NCBI GenBank assembly: GCA_052168235.1
Contig: JBQLZK010000002.1
Span: 128,001 to 192,000 of the forward strand
Length of the DNA stretch: 64,000 nucleotides
Direction of reading: 5' to 3'
Source: Thainema sp.
Lineage (GTDB): Bacteria; Cyanobacteriota; Cyanobacteriia; Phormidesmidales; Phormidesmidaceae
Numbering within the stretch: position 1 is the stretch's first letter; each line of letters opens with the position of its first letter. The notes beneath the pieces were generated by a model. The model made no database searches. It saw nothing but the letters and a program-made list of their open reading frames with translations, and was not told the origin of the DNA. Positions 49,420 through 63,157 of the stretch are shown here, in pieces. The position numbers and the translations under genes were made by a program.

Positions 49420-50058
49420 CTAAAGCGAATCGTGCAAACCAGTCTGCCAAGCCGCTTGAAAGAAATCGCGTTCGCACAGCATGGCATAGTGATAGGCTGA
49501 CCGCACAGCATCGCTATCCTCGCCATATTCCTCCAGTAAGTGATCAAGCTGTTGAGCCAAAGCTGCAAATTCAGTACTACTATAGGTTTGAATCCAGTCA
49601 CTATAGGCATGTTGAAAACTGCCAGCTTGGGCCAGTTGCTGCCCCAGGAATGCATACAGACTCATGCAGGGAGACATGGCTGCCGCTGTAACACCAACGG
49701 GTTGGCTCCATGCCGTAGCTAGAAGAAAATCGGTATAGCGTCGCGTCGCGGCACCGGGCTCAACTGCTTGTAAATCAACCTGCCACTGCTGAGCGTACTG
49801 ATGATGCAGCTTGAGTTCTGCCAGTACCCCATTCGCTAGTTCGTGAAAGACTGCAAAGCCCTGCCAAGTCGCGGCTTTTGCTGCAGCAATGCTATAGGCA
49901 CGGGCAAACGCTTCGAGAAAGAAGGCGTCTTGACCGACGTAATAGGCAAACGTGGTTTGGGGTAGTGAACCACGTTTGATTCCCTGGACAAACGGATGTT
50001 CGAGTGACGCTTGAATCAAGCTCTGATTCTGCTGCCAAAGCTGTTGGGCAAGGGACAT
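49420..50058 (-). CDS. tenA: TenA family (thiaminase II / thiamine salvage) protein
   Basis: 'HPFVQGI..G.L', 'YYVGQDAFFL', 'PCMSLY', 'Y..WIQTY', 'E..FF'. Confidence 0.9.
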   Translation of the reverse strand: MSLAQQLWQQNQSLIQASLEHPFVQGIKRGSLPQTTFAYYVGQDAFFLEAFARAYSIAAAKAATWQGFAVFHELANGVLAELKLHHQYAQQWQVDLQAVEPGAATRRYTDFLLATAWSQPVGVTAAAMSPCMSLYAFLGQQLAQAGSFQHAYSDWIQTYSSTEFAALAQQLDHLLEEYGEDSDAVRSAYHYAMLCERDFFQAAWQTGLHDSL

Positions 50059-50225
50059 GGGCACGTTGAACTCGATGCTAACTGCTATATTCTCGGCAAC
50101 TGATTATAGGGCACTCCAGGGTAGGGTTGTTTCATGTTTATCGGAGCATGGTCGCAACCGTTGACGTTACTTGAGAGTCATGATTGGGTTGCTAAACCCC
50201 TCCCTACCCAGGGTTTCAGAATAGA

Positions 50226-51563
50226 TCATTCGTGCGTAATTAATAGAGGCATGGTTTTCGTAGAGGGTTGTGATGCAGCATGGATGGGGAGTTCAACATA
50301 AAACGTGGTGCCGTTGCCGGGGGGAGACTGGCAGGTTAAGTGGCCCTGATGATGATCGACAACAATTTGCCGACTGATTGAAAGGCCAAGGCCAGTGCCC
50401 TTGCCCGTGGGTTTAGTGGTGAAAAAGGAATCAAAAAGCTTTTTCTGGATGTCGAGTGGAATGCCGGGGCCATTATCTGCGATCGCAATTCGCACCCAGT
50501 CATTGGTCATCACCTCAGTTTGAATCTGGATGTGAGGATGCGTCACTGATCCTTGCTCCACGGATTCCTCCAGCGCATCGATAGCATTGCTCAGAATATT
50601 CATAAACACCTGGTTGATTTGACTGGCAAAGCATTCCACCAGCGGCAAGTTACCGTAGGTTTTGATCACTTCAATTTCTGGACTCTCCGCAGTTGCTTTC
50701 AGCCGATTTTGCAGAATCAATAGCGTGCTTTCGAGGCCATCGTGCAGATCCACTGGTTTGACCTCAGCTTCGTCTAGGCGAGAAAAGTTACGCAGCGACA
50801 GGACAATTTGCCGAATTCGATCGGCTCCCATCTTCATGGATGCCAGCAGTTTGGGCAGATCGTCTTGTAAGAACTCCAAGTCGATTTCTTCAATTCGTGC
50901 TTGGAGGGCTGGCGTGAGCTGGGGATATTCCTGACAAAATAGATTCACCAAATCCATCAAGTCCTGCACATAGTCGCAAGCAGGGGCGAGGTTGCCGTAA
51001 ATGAAATTGACCGGATTGTTGATCTCATGAGCAACACCCGCGACTAGTTGGCCCAGTGACGATAGCTTTTCGCTTTGCACAAGCTGGAGCTGAGTTTGCT
51101 GGAGCTGATTCAGAGCTTCCGTCAGGTGGGCAGTGCGTTGGGCAACTTGGGCTTCTAGCGTTTGATTTAAATGGCGCAGCTGCAGATGGACACGAATTCG
51201 AGCCAGCACTTCTTCTTGCTGGATTGGCTTGGTGATGTAGTCCACTGCACCGAGGTTCAGCCCTTTGACCTTATCGACTGGATCGGCCAGTGCAGTCATA
51301 AAGATCACCGGAATGTCTTTGGTCACTTGGTTTTCCTTCAGGCGGCGGCAGGTTTCAAACCCGTCGATTCCCGGCATCATCACGTCGAGCAGAATCAAAT
51401 CCGGCAGTGAGTCTTGGAGACGTTTAAGGGCACTTTCACTGCTTTTAGCCACAGCAATCCGATATCCCGATGCTTTGAGGACATCAAATAAAACTTGGAT
51501 GTTGGTTGGTGTGTCATCGACAACCAATATGGTGGCTTGATCTGGAGGAAACGCAAGAGACAT
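50226..51563 (-). CDS. Hybrid response regulator / histidine kinase (REC-HisKA-HATPase)
   Basis: 'ILVVDD', '[11 protein letters not shown]', 'KP', 'AHEINNP', 'GTGLGLS'. Confidence 0.95.
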   Translation of the reverse strand: MSLAFPPDQATILVVDDTPTNIQVLFDVLKASGYRIAVAKSSESALKRLQDSLPDLILLDVMMPGIDGFETCRRLKENQVTKDIPVIFMTALADPVDKVKGLNLGAVDYITKPIQQEEVLARIRVHLQLRHLNQTLEAQVAQRTAHLTEALNQLQQTQLQLVQSEKLSSLGQLVAGVAHEINNPVNFIYGNLAPACDYVQDLMDLVNLFCQEYPQLTPALQARIEEIDLEFLQDDLPKLLASMKMGADRIRQIVLSLRNFSRLDEAEVKPVDLHDGLESTLLILQNRLKATAESPEIEVIKTYGNLPLVECFASQINQVFMNILSNAIDALEESVEQGSVTHPHIQIQTEVMTNDWVRIAIADNGPGIPLDIQKKLFDSFFTTKPTGKGTGLGLSISRQIVVDHHQGHLTCQSPPGNGTTFYVELPIHAASQPSTKTMPLLITHE

Positions 51564-51577
51564 GAGACTAATCCTGA

Positions 51578-53989
<2,412 letters not shown>

Positions 53990-54022
53990 ATGAGCCTCCT
54001 GGGTTGCTCTTTTCGTATGACC

Positions 54023-54892
54023 TTATTGCACAAACTCGCCTTGACCAATCGCTTGGTAGACCGCTCGAATCGAGTCATAGTCTTCATCTGCTGCTGGTTT
54101 TAGCGTGGAACCAATGTATTTTGTTTCATGAGTTGCGATCGCAGTTGTAATTTCGTCCTCATGAGCCAGTAAGCGCTCTTTGATCAGCTCCACTGCGACC
54201 GGATCAAGACTACTGCTCGCAATTAGCACATCACTGGGCAGCAATTCGCCTTCCACCAGCACCTTAAATCCACCTGATCCATCGTCAATTAGATCAGCAT
54301 AGTCTGTAGCTGAACCGCCCCAAGCCTCAACCTCTCCAGCTTTCATGGCAGCAGCGCTTCCGTCATCTCCCAACATCTGCGCGGTCACATCAGTTTTCGG
54401 ATCAAGACCCGCTTCAATCAAAATATAGGTTGGCCCCAGATGCCCGCTGGTGGAACCAATATCTGACATTGCGATCGCAGTTCCTTTTAGATCAGCCACA
54501 CTGGCAATATCACTATTGGTTGGAACCGCAATTACCGACCGATAGTTTGGACGGGTAACCGCAACGACAGGCACTGCATTAGTTTGCGAATTAATCACTA
54601 TATATTCTGAAGGTCCCGCTAGCGCTAAATCAATATTGCCCTGCTTGAGCCCTACAGTTGCCGCTGCTGAGTTCTCAACCGGATAAAATTCGACTTCCGT
54701 TTCCAATGCATCCGCCAACGCTAGTCGAAACTCTTCATACTCTGTTTCTAAACCTTCTAAACCACTAACATCAGTAATAGCCAATTGAATAGTCGGCAAT
54801 TCGGCTACAGGCGGTTCCGCCGAACGGCTACAGGCAATCCCAAAACTGGCCATCAGCAGAATCGAACACCCAAGCATCTTTCGTCGTTTCAT
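54023..54892 (-). CDS. PhnD/PtxB-type phosphate/phosphite/phosphonate-binding lipoprotein
   Basis: Lipobox 'GIAC', 'GPSEYI', 'TRPNYRSVI', 'GSTSGHLGP', 'DYD..R'. Confidence 0.85.
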   Translation of the reverse strand: MKRRKMLGCSILLMASFGIACSRSAEPPVAELPTIQLAITDVSGLEGLETEYEEFRLALADALETEVEFYPVENSAAATVGLKQGNIDLALAGPSEYIVINSQTNAVPVVAVTRPNYRSVIAVPTNSDIASVADLKGTAIAMSDIGSTSGHLGPTYILIEAGLDPKTDVTAQMLGDDGSAAAMKAGEVEAWGGSATDYADLIDDGSGGFKVLVEGELLPSDVLIASSSLDPVAVELIKERLLAHEDEITTAIATHETKYIGSTLKPAADEDYDSIRAVYQAIGQGEFVQ

Positions 54893-55313
54893 AGGGCAGC
54901 ATCTCTCAAGAACATTCGAATTAGTTGAAGTTGAACATCAAAGTTGAACTTAAATCTTCGGTTTATTTCTCAATAAAAAACCGTTACAGAAAGCAGTATC
55001 AAAATTTGTTTCTCAGCTTATTCATGAAATTTTGAGTCTTTCAAAAAGCAGAAACACTGCCTAATCTATATAAGATTCAATAAATCTGTTCCCCATGAAC
55101 ACTTTAAGAATACCCAATCCCTCCTAAGATCTAACAGTTCCGTATCTAAGCCGTTAGTGCTCCAGCACGCAGTCATGCCGGAGATCTCAGCTCAAAATGT
55201 AGCAGGTAAGTGCTAAATAGAAAGACTAAAGATTTTATCTTTAGAGGCAGCGCATACGTTGAAAGTTACCTCATTGCCAATGGGGTTATAGCCTACTTTA
55301 ATTGATGAGCAAT

Positions 55314-55354
55314 TAGTTAAGTAAAGGTTAATTGAAAGCCCAGTTTTGATTAAA
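55314..55354 (-). promoter_or_regulatory. Candidate Pho box (SphR/PhoB) oriented toward the PhnD-like gene
   Basis: Minus strand TTTAATCA, ATTAACCT, CTTAACTA at offsets 0, 22 and 33 (11-bp phase), followed by a TAAAGT -10-like hexamer. Confidence 0.5.
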
Positions 55355-55516
55355 AACTTTGCCATCTTCGATTTCTACAACAAGAGCAATAAGGCATGAG
55401 CTTCATTCAGCAATTAGTCCATCCCATCTATTACCGCTAACCGTGGCTGAAGATTGCGGCCATGCCCACTTGGAGCCTGTAGGATCACAGTAGGTGCTTT
55501 GGCAATTCGTTGATCT

Positions 55517-56914
55517 ATGCAAACTCAATCTCCTGCTTCAATTTCGTCCTTATCTGATACGCTGCGACAGCGTCGAGTCCAACTGGCGCAGCAGTTTGAT
55601 CAGCCTGTTCTGCTTTGGTCAGGCCGAGCCAGTTCGCGTAACTTTCCGGCTAACACCTATCCGTTTCGGGCCAGCAGTCATTTTCTTTACTTTGCTGGTT
55701 TGCCGCTAGAACATGCCGCGATTCATCTTGACCAGGGGCGACTGACGCTGTTTATGGACGATCCGACGCCGGATGATGTGCTCTGGCATGGATCAACCGC
55801 GAGTCGTGCCGAAATTGCCGAGCAAATTGGGGCTGAGGCCGACTATCCCTATGCAGAATTAGCCAAGTGGACAGAGAACGTGGCGACGCTACCGCTGCAG
55901 CATCCACTCGCAATCGAGCAGCAAACACAGATGCTAAATCGGGCAGTTGGTGTTGCGGCTCATCCCCCAGATCAACAACTGGCAAACGCGATTGTGCAAC
56001 TGCGGCTGGTTCAGGATGAAGGTGCGATCGCAGAAATCCGGCGAGCGGCATCTGTGACCGTGAAAGCTCATCGGGCTGGCATGGCCGCAACCCAAACTGC
56101 CACAACCGAGGCTGATATTCGGGCGGCAATGGAGCAGGTGATTCAAGCGCATAATATGTCCTGCGCCTACACCAGCATCGTCACAGTTCACGGCGAGGTG
56201 CTGCACAATAACCACTACCATCACCCGGTTCAGGCTGGAGATCTTTTGCTAGCCGACGTTGGAGCCGAAACAGAAAACGGCTGGGCCTCTGATGTAACCC
56301 GGACATGGCCCGTCTCCGGCCAGTTTTCTGCCACCCAACGCGATCTTTATCAGGTCGTGCTTGCGGCCCACGATGCTTGTATTGCCGCTGCGAAACCGGG
56401 TGTAGAGTACCAGGATTTGCATCTCCTCGCCGGTCGAGTGATCGCTGAAGGTTTAGTCAGCCTTGGTATTCTCAACGGCCAACCCGATTCGCTGGTTGAA
56501 CAAGATGCCCATGCTCTCTTTTTCCCGCACGGTGTTGGACATTTACTGGGTTTAGATGTTCATGATATGGAAGATTTGGGCGATCTGGCGGGTTACGCCG
56601 CAGGACGGCAGCGCAGTCAACGGTTCGGTCTCGGTTTTTTACGATTGAATCGTCCGCTGCAAACGGGCATGATTGTGACGATTGAACCTGGTTTTTATCA
56701 AGTGCCCGCGATTTTGCAAGACCCAGAAAAGTGCGATCGCTATCGAGACATGATCAACTGGGATCGGCTAGCCGAGTTTGCAGACGTGCGCGGTATCCGT
56801 ATCGAAGACGATGTTCTCATTACAGATCTTGGCTGCGAGGTGATTACGGCTGCGTTGCCCACCTCAATCAACGACATTGAAGCATTGGTTAATTTGAAGC
56901 AGATGGGGCGCTGA
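55517..56914 (+). CDS. pepP: Xaa-Pro aminopeptidase (M24B)
   Basis: 'DVGAE', 'SDVTRTWP', 'PHGVGHLLGLDVHD', 'TIEPGFY', 'GIRIEDDVL'. Confidence 0.93.
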   Translation: MQTQSPASISSLSDTLRQRRVQLAQQFDQPVLLWSGRASSRNFPANTYPFRASSHFLYFAGLPLEHAAIHLDQGRLTLFMDDPTPDDVLWHGSTASRAEIAEQIGAEADYPYAELAKWTENVATLPLQHPLAIEQQTQMLNRAVGVAAHPPDQQLANAIVQLRLVQDEGAIAEIRRAASVTVKAHRAGMAATQTATTEADIRAAMEQVIQAHNMSCAYTSIVTVHGEVLHNNHYHHPVQAGDLLLADVGAETENGWASDVTRTWPVSGQFSATQRDLYQVVLAAHDACIAAAKPGVEYQDLHLLAGRVIAEGLVSLGILNGQPDSLVEQDAHALFFPHGVGHLLGLDVHDMEDLGDLAGYAAGRQRSQRFGLGFLRLNRPLQTGMIVTIEPGFYQVPAILQDPEKCDRYRDMINWDRLAEFADVRGIRIEDDVLITDLGCEVITAALPTSINDIEALVNLKQMGR

Positions 56915-56944
56915 ACACCACGTAGAGCATCTCTTGCAGCAGCC

Positions 56945-57595
56945 TCAGGACGATGCTCGATGCCGCCGATACCAAGTGGCACCACCAACCAAAAGCCCAA
57001 TCAGCCCCAGTGCCAGCATGAGCGGTAGCACGTTGCCCGTTTGCAACGCGGTCAAGCCTGAACTGCCCAGTAGCACAAACGGCAAGATGCCCGGCACCGT
57101 CCCCAACGCCGTCCCAATGAGGTAGTCACGAAACCGAATGGATGTCAGTCCGGCAGCAAAGTTCACCAGCCCGTAGGGAATCAGCGGCAGCAGCCGAATC
57201 GCAAACATATAAAACAAGCCGCCATCATGCAGCTCGGCATCTAGCGTTTGCCAGCGTCCTTCCAGCCGCTGCGCCATCCAGGTGCGGCCAATTGTGCGGG
57301 CAAAGGCAAAGGCCACAATTGCAGCTGCGATCGCAGCCACACTGGTCCAAAGAGTACCCATCCATACGCCGAAAATGGCTCCTCCAGTCAAATTCAGCGC
57401 CGTCGAAGGCATGATCAGCAGCGTTGCCACCACATATACCACCACGTAGACCACGGGTGCCCAAAATCCGGCCTCAGCTAGCCATTGCTGTATCTGCGCC
57501 GGATCAATCCCGCCCAAGCCGTGCGCTACTGCCACTGTCGCCGCCGCGCAAAACAGTAGCAGTAGCACTAAGCCTCGTTTGCCGTTTTTCTGCAT
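56945..57595 (-). CDS. TVP38/TMEM64 (DedA-like) membrane protein
   Basis: 'GGAIFG', 'RLLPLIPYGLVNFAAGLT', 'GTVPG'. Confidence 0.9.
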   Translation of the reverse strand: MQKNGKRGLVLLLLFCAAATVAVAHGLGGIDPAQIQQWLAEAGFWAPVVYVVVYVVATLLIMPSTALNLTGGAIFGVWMGTLWTSVAAIAAAIVAFAFARTIGRTWMAQRLEGRWQTLDAELHDGGLFYMFAIRLLPLIPYGLVNFAAGLTSIRFRDYLIGTALGTVPGILPFVLLGSSGLTALQTGNVLPLMLALGLIGLLVGGATWYRRHRASS

Positions 57596-57622
57596 ACCTA
57601 CACGCTAGTTTGCGATCGCTAG

Positions 57623-57712
57623 TAGACTTTATTGGAAATAAAGTTTTTGGGATTGGAAATTGTTTTGTAGCGCGGCGGAGCCGCGCTACAAAACAATTTC
57701 CGATAAGGTCTA
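57623..57712. mobile_element. 90-bp MITE family C, copy 3
   Basis: tagactttattggaaat...atttccgataaggtcta; the terminal cta is the purH stop codon. Confidence 0.85.
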
Positions 57713-59275
57713 GTGTAAGAAATGACGCACACCCGTCAGCGCCATCATTAAGCCCAGTTCATTTGCCGCCTTGATCGAATCCTCGTCGCGAATACTGCCG
57801 CCGGGTTGCACTACCGCAATCACGCCTGCATCTGCTGCCGTCCGCACCGAGTCATCAAACGGGAAGAAACCATCGCTCGCCAGAATCGCCCCCTGGCTCT
57901 TGTTACCTGCCTGTTCTAGCGCAATCTTGACCGAGCCGACTCGGTTCATTTGGCCGGCACCGATACCCACCGTCGTGCGATCACGGGTTACCACAATCGC
58001 ATTGGATTTGACATGCTTTGTTACGTGCCAAGCAAACAGCATTTCCTCAAGCTGCTCCGCCGAGGGCTTCTTATCGGTAACAATTTGCCAATCGGCGGGA
58101 TTATCGCCAATATCGTCAGAATCCTGCACCAGGAATCCCCCAGCAATCGAGCGCACCGTCTGATCCGGCCCCTGCTTCAGATCCGGCAGCACCAAAATTC
58201 GTAGCTTCGATTTCTTGCTGAGAATCTCCTGCGCCTCCGCATCGCAGCCGGGAGCCACCACGCATTCCAAGAACGTTTTGGTTAACGCCGTCGCCGTTTC
58301 CGCATCAATTGGCCGATTCAGCGCCACAATGCCGCCGAAGGCCGAAACCGAATCGGCATCAAACGCCCGCTGATAGGCATCAGCCATATTGTCACCAAAG
58401 GCCACGCCGCAGGGATTGGTGTGCTTCAGCACTGCTGCCGCTGCCCGGGGAGAATCGGCAAACTCGGCAATAATCCGTCGCGCCGCTTCCAAGTCCACCA
58501 AATTGTTGTAGCTCAGTTCCTTACCCTGGAGCTGCTGCGCCGCAGCCCAGCCCGTCGCCTGGTTGCCGCTGCGATACCAAGCCGCTGGCTGATGCGGATT
58601 TTCGCCATAGCGGAGGGTTTGCTGCTGCTGGCCCGTCAGCGTAAACCGTTCCGGCAACGCGGGAGCAGTTTCTTGATCCAACTGCTGGTCGCTCAGGTAA
58701 GTTGCGATCGCATGATCATAGGTGGCCGTATGCCAAAACGCCTGCTGGGCACAGTTGCGCCGGAAGCTGGGCGACGCCAAGCCATCGTTAGCTTTCAGCT
58801 CGTCTAGATAGGTGTTGTATTGATTGGGATTACACAACACCGTCAGATAGGCGTGATTCTTCGCCGCCGCTCGCAGCAGCGTTGGGCCACCGATGTCGAT
58901 TTGCTCAATTGCTTCTGGCAGCGTCACGTTTGGATTGGCGATTGTCGATTCAAACGGATAGAGGTTAACCACGACCAGATCGATTGGCCGAATATCGTTA
59001 TTGGCTAAATCCGCCTGATCCTCTTCCAGAGAACGACGCGCTAAAATACCGCCGTGAATCCGGGGATGCAGCGTTTTCACCCGTCCACCCAGAATTTCCG
59101 GCGACCCCGTGTAGTCGGATACTTTCGTCACGGATAGCCCTGCCGCTTGCAGCGCTTTAGCTGTGCCGCCGCTGCTGATCAGCTCAAAGTCAAAATCTGC
59201 CACTAGCCGCTGGGCCAGCTCGACGATACCCGTTTTGTCCGATACGCTCAGCAGTGCAAGACGCGCCATATTCAT
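57710..59275 (-). CDS. purH: Bifunctional AICAR transformylase / IMP cyclohydrolase
   Basis: 'ALLSVSDK', 'GRVKTLHP', 'IDIGGP', 'LRYGENPHQ', 'KHTNPCG', 'SDGFFPF', 'RHFLH'; start could be 59269. Confidence 0.97.
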   Translation of the reverse strand: MNMARLALLSVSDKTGIVELAQRLVADFDFELISSGGTAKALQAAGLSVTKVSDYTGSPEILGGRVKTLHPRIHGGILARRSLEEDQADLANNDIRPIDLVVVNLYPFESTIANPNVTLPEAIEQIDIGGPTLLRAAAKNHAYLTVLCNPNQYNTYLDELKANDGLASPSFRRNCAQQAFWHTATYDHAIATYLSDQQLDQETAPALPERFTLTGQQQQTLRYGENPHQPAAWYRSGNQATGWAAAQQLQGKELSYNNLVDLEAARRIIAEFADSPRAAAAVLKHTNPCGVAFGDNMADAYQRAFDADSVSAFGGIVALNRPIDAETATALTKTFLECVVAPGCDAEAQEILSKKSKLRILVLPDLKQGPDQTVRSIAGGFLVQDSDDIGDNPADWQIVTDKKPSAEQLEEMLFAWHVTKHVKSNAIVVTRDRTTVGIGAGQMNRVGSVKIALEQAGNKSQGAILASDGFFPFDDSVRTAADAGVIAVVQPGGSIRDEDSIKAANELGLMMALTGVRHFLH

Positions 59276-59545
59276 TGCTCCCCAAGATGCTCTTCAACTA
59301 AATTCTGAGATAGACCCAAGTTTGTGCATTACTCAGAATAGTAGAAGTTCTGCCGCTTTGGCTGAGCGAACCGAAGACGAATTTAAGGTCTATCAATATG
59401 CTGCACGAAAATCTCTGCTGCGGGTTCTAGATTTGCAATGTGCAAAAATATGAGGATATGGGCATTTTGACCGAAATATTGATAGTTACGGCCAGTTAAA
59501 AGGGAATTCTTTCCTCGGATAAAATTTTAGCCGGTTGGACTGCCA

Positions 59546-61327
59546 ATGAAATCGTTTCCCCTATTTTCCTGGAAGAGAGGCTCCCCACTTGCCCAACGTC
59601 TGTCGATTGCCAAGTGGCAGTATGTTTACTATGTGCTGGCCGCGTTTAATCTATTGACCGTCACGACCAGTTTGTACCTCAACCATAAAATCATGAGTAT
59701 CTATACTCGATCAATTGAGGTCAATCGGGAGTGGGTCATGCGGCTGGAGACTTACTCTAAGCTCGGTGAACTGCTTGCCAATCTGAATGTTCCTGGCAAT
59801 GATGTTTTCAATTCTCAAGATGTTGAGTTGGAGTCTCGTCGATTAGAAGCGGCTCAGGAGATTTATCAGGAGAACCTAGAACGCATTCGATCTGAGCTGC
59901 AAACTGAGGTCAATCCTGACCAAGCCCAGGTGCTGCTCAAGGATTTAGACGCGATCGAAACCGCAAAAGCAGACATGCTGAATGAAACTCAACTCATTTT
60001 TGCTGATTTTCGCCTTAATCAAGCTGAAATGGCTGCTAAACGGATGGCATTAATGGATCACAAATACCATTATGTCAACGAAACCTTTGCCACCTTTCAG
60101 CATGACATCAGCACCGTCCAGCAAAATCTGCTTGATCAGCAAAAGATTGTAGCCGACTCGTTTCGACGCTATGAATCTGCGATCGCAGGTGCCATGCTGC
60201 TGATGGTGGGCGGGATTACCGTTTATGGACACCAGCTTGCCCAAAAGATGAAATCGGAAGCCCAGGAAAAAGAACAGTCGATTGCAGAGCTTCAAAGAAC
60301 AGAAACACTCTTGAAGGAGCAAACTCAACAGCTGCAACTCACGCTCGATCATCTTCAGAACACTCAGTTGCAGCTGATTCAAAGTGAAAAAATGTCATCG
60401 TTGGGACAGTTAGTTGCCGGTGTTGCCCATGAAATCAACAATCCAGTGAACTTTATCCACGGGAACTTAGCGCATGTCCAAGACTATACCCAGGATTTAT
60501 TAAACTTCGTACACCTGTACCAAAAGCACTATCCCCATCCTGTGCCTGAAATTGAGTCTAAAGCCGAAGTCATTGATCTGCCGTTTTTACAGGACGATCT
60601 AGCCAAGACGATTGCTTCTATGAAAATTGGCACGGAGCGGATTCGCCAAATTGTGCTGTCGCTGCGCAATTTTTCCCGCATGGATGAAGCAGAATTTAAG
60701 CCCGTCGATATCCATGAGGGCATCGAAAGTACCTTAGTCATTCTGCAACATAGCCTCAAGGCTCGCTCTGAACGACCAGCAATTGAAGTGATTCGAGATT
60801 ATAGCCAGTTGCCACTCGTGGAATGCTACCCTGGCCAACTTAACCAGGTGTTGATGAATATTCTGACGAACGCAATTGATGCCCTAGATGATGCTCATGC
60901 CAAACAAACAGCACCTGCGATCGCAGCTCGTCCCAGCCAAATTACCATTCGCACATCTCTGTTTAATCGCCAAATGCCCGACAGCCAGTGGATCGAGATT
61001 GCGATCGCAGATAATGGCCCAGGTATTCCTGAAGCAGTAAAGCAACGGATTTTTGATCCCTTTTTCACAACTAAACGAATTGGCAAAGGCACAGGTATGG
61101 GCTTATCTATCAGCTATCAAATTATTGTTGAAAAACATGACGGTCAGCTAGAGTGCAGTTCTAATTTCACACAAGGCACCGAATTCCTGATCAAAATTCC
61201 TGTTCGGCAACAGATTTGCCAACCTAAGCCCTCAAGTAAAACGAACAACAGTAGTGCAAGCTCGCATGACAGGCGCTCAAGCCATGACAACGGTTTTAAG
61301 TCAACACCATCCAAATCAATCTCTTAA
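59546..61327 (+). CDS. Membrane sensor histidine kinase
   Basis: Two TM helices flanking a helical sensor domain; '[21 protein letters not shown]', 'DNGPG', 'GTGMGLS'. Confidence 0.95.
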   Translation: MKSFPLFSWKRGSPLAQRLSIAKWQYVYYVLAAFNLLTVTTSLYLNHKIMSIYTRSIEVNREWVMRLETYSKLGELLANLNVPGNDVFNSQDVELESRRLEAAQEIYQENLERIRSELQTEVNPDQAQVLLKDLDAIETAKADMLNETQLIFADFRLNQAEMAAKRMALMDHKYHYVNETFATFQHDISTVQQNLLDQQKIVADSFRRYESAIAGAMLLMVGGITVYGHQLAQKMKSEAQEKEQSIAELQRTETLLKEQTQQLQLTLDHLQNTQLQLIQSEKMSSLGQLVAGVAHEINNPVNFIHGNLAHVQDYTQDLLNFVHLYQKHYPHPVPEIESKAEVIDLPFLQDDLAKTIASMKIGTERIRQIVLSLRNFSRMDEAEFKPVDIHEGIESTLVILQHSLKARSERPAIEVIRDYSQLPLVECYPGQLNQVLMNILTNAIDALDDAHAKQTAPAIAARPSQITIRTSLFNRQMPDSQWIEIAIADNGPGIPEAVKQRIFDPFFTTKRIGKGTGMGLSISYQIIVEKHDGQLECSSNFTQGTEFLIKIPVRQQICQPKPSSKTNNSSASSHDRRSSHDNGFKSTPSKSIS

Positions 61328-61807
61328 CAAATGTGCCGCGTAAAACAGCGGCACACTTTGGTTTAAGGAAGCTTCATCAGGAATTAAATTGCTTTTCAAA
61401 AAATAAAACGGTAAATGCAAACATTCATCGATATTTGCGGCAAAATACGGCAAAATCATTCCGGCTCAACTTCCGATCATCGCTCAATTTCGGCAAACGG
61501 TTACAAATCTGTCACGCCGTTTTCACACAATTGTCATGTGTTGCATTTAGATTAAGTACAGGTGAATGAACAACCCGGAGCAGTGCGTCGCCATCGGTAT
61601 TCCCCGGTTCTCACTAGGAACTTAGGCTAGGAGTTTAATCATCGGCGATCGCACGCTCCTTTTTTGTCTTTAAAAGTGCTGAGCGTACCGTGACGTTGGC
61701 AGGTACGCCGCTGATTGTGGAGAATTTTGTGCAGGATGCGATCGCATAAGTTCGCCAGCACGACCATCTCAATGACGTGGTGATGTCGCACATAACGGTT
61801 TAGTGTC

Positions 61808-61850
61808 CCAATAGAAAAAGGACTGGCGCTGCCAGTCCTTTTTCTATTGG
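61808..61850. terminator. Long hairpin, likely terminator of the 61870-62250 gene
   Basis: ccaatagaaaaaggactggc-gct-gccagtcctttttctattgg. Confidence 0.75.
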
Positions 61851-61869
61851 ATTAGGAATAATAGAGAAA

Positions 61870-62250
61870 TTATCGCCAAGTCCGATTTCCTTCATCATCG
61901 GTGCGAGCCTGACGAATCACGTCTGAGATTTCTTCAGCGTCTTTCACGTGGTGGAGCGCTTCTTGGCTACCGTCTGGTTCGTTAACGACAAAGTAAGTGG
62001 GCACAACAATGTGATCGCCAGTGATGTCTGGAGCGTTAACTGCAACTTGGCGTGCCTTCTCTTCTAAAGACATCGGCCCTTTAACGCGATCACCCGGGTT
62101 GAGCGTATTGTCTTCTTCCTCTAGCGCTCTCTGCCGTTCTAGCTCTTGTTCAGGAGTGATTTCTTCAGGAGTGAGCGGCTGATGAATCTCTTTAGGTGAG
62201 GAAGATTTAGATTCATGCAAGTCATGTAAATTGTGTTCGTGAGTTGCCAT
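61870..62250 (-). CDS. Hypothetical acidic protein
   Basis: 126 aa, AGAGG RBS, 'PDITGDHIVVPTYFVV...LHHVKDAEEISDVIRQAR'. Confidence 0.75.
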   Translation of the reverse strand: MATHEHNLHDLHESKSSSPKEIHQPLTPEEITPEQELERQRALEEEDNTLNPGDRVKGPMSLEEKARQVAVNAPDITGDHIVVPTYFVVNEPDGSQEALHHVKDAEEISDVIRQARTDDEGNRTWR

Positions 62251-62402
62251 ATTTGCCTCTAATCTAAAACGAATTTTTTGTAATCACTGCGCTTATTCGT
62301 ATTAGACCGCAAAACAAAAGTCGCTGAATCGCCCCAACGTTTGAGACCGGAGCCTTCAGCGACTAGTCGCGAGTTAGATATTTAGAGAACCAAAGAGCGC
62401 AC

Positions 62403-63155
62403 CTAAACGGCCAAGAACTCTTGAATCACCTGATTGCTCAGCTCACTGGTTGCCCCCGATGCTACGATGCCGCCCTTCTGCATAGCGTAGTAGTAATCCG
62501 CCTGCCGTACAAAGTGCAGATGCTGTTCAACCAGTAGGACAGAAATGCCCGTTGCTTCAATAATTCGGCGCACCGCCCGCTCAATGTCGAGAATAATCGA
62601 CGGCTGAATCCCTTCCGTCGGTTCATCCAATAACAGAAGCTTGGGCCGACCCATCAGTGCACGTGCGATCGCAAGCTGCTGCTGTTGACCACCGCTGAGA
62701 TCGCCGCCCATGCGGGGCAGAAATTCATGCAGAATCGGAAATAGCTCAAAAATTTCTTCGGGAATTTTATCTTTGCCCCGCCGTCCTTTCGCTTGCGCTT
62801 CCAGACCCAGCAGCAGATTTTCTTCCACGGTGATGCGGGGAATAATTTCCCGGCCTTGAGGCACATAGGCAATTCCCTTCCGGGCCCGCTGGTTGGGACT
62901 GAGCCGATTAATCTCCTCGCCCTGATAGCGAATTGTGCCCTGGCGCGACTGCAGCAGACCGATAACATTCTTCAGCAGCGTGGTCTTGCCCACGCCGTTG
63001 CGACCAATCAGGCAGACCATCTGTCCCGCTGGCACCGTTAGATCAACGCCACGTAGAATGTGGCTTTCCCCGTAGTAAAAGTGCAGGTCGGAAATCTGCA
63101 GTGTGGGTGCAGTGGTCGTTAAATCTGCGATCGGGTTGGGAATCGTTTGGGTCAT
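62403..63155 (-). CDS. urtE: Urea ABC transporter ATP-binding subunit UrtE
   Basis: 'YGESHILR', 'GRNGVGKTT', 'YVPQGREI', 'LSGGQQQQLAIARAL', 'DEPTEGIQPSII'. Confidence 0.95.
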   Translation of the reverse strand: MTQTIPNPIADLTTTAPTLQISDLHFYYGESHILRGVDLTVPAGQMVCLIGRNGVGKTTLLKNVIGLLQSRQGTIRYQGEEINRLSPNQRARKGIAYVPQGREIIPRITVEENLLLGLEAQAKGRRGKDKIPEEIFELFPILHEFLPRMGGDLSGGQQQQLAIARALMGRPKLLLLDEPTEGIQPSIILDIERAVRRIIEATGISVLLVEQHLHFVRQADYYYAMQKGGIVASGATSELSNQVIQEFLAV

Positions 63156-63157
63156 GG

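Noticed and set aside
50060..50225. TPP riboswitch upstream of tenA
   Set aside because: The minus strand lacks the GCTGAGA and GAACCTGA...AGGGA core motifs.
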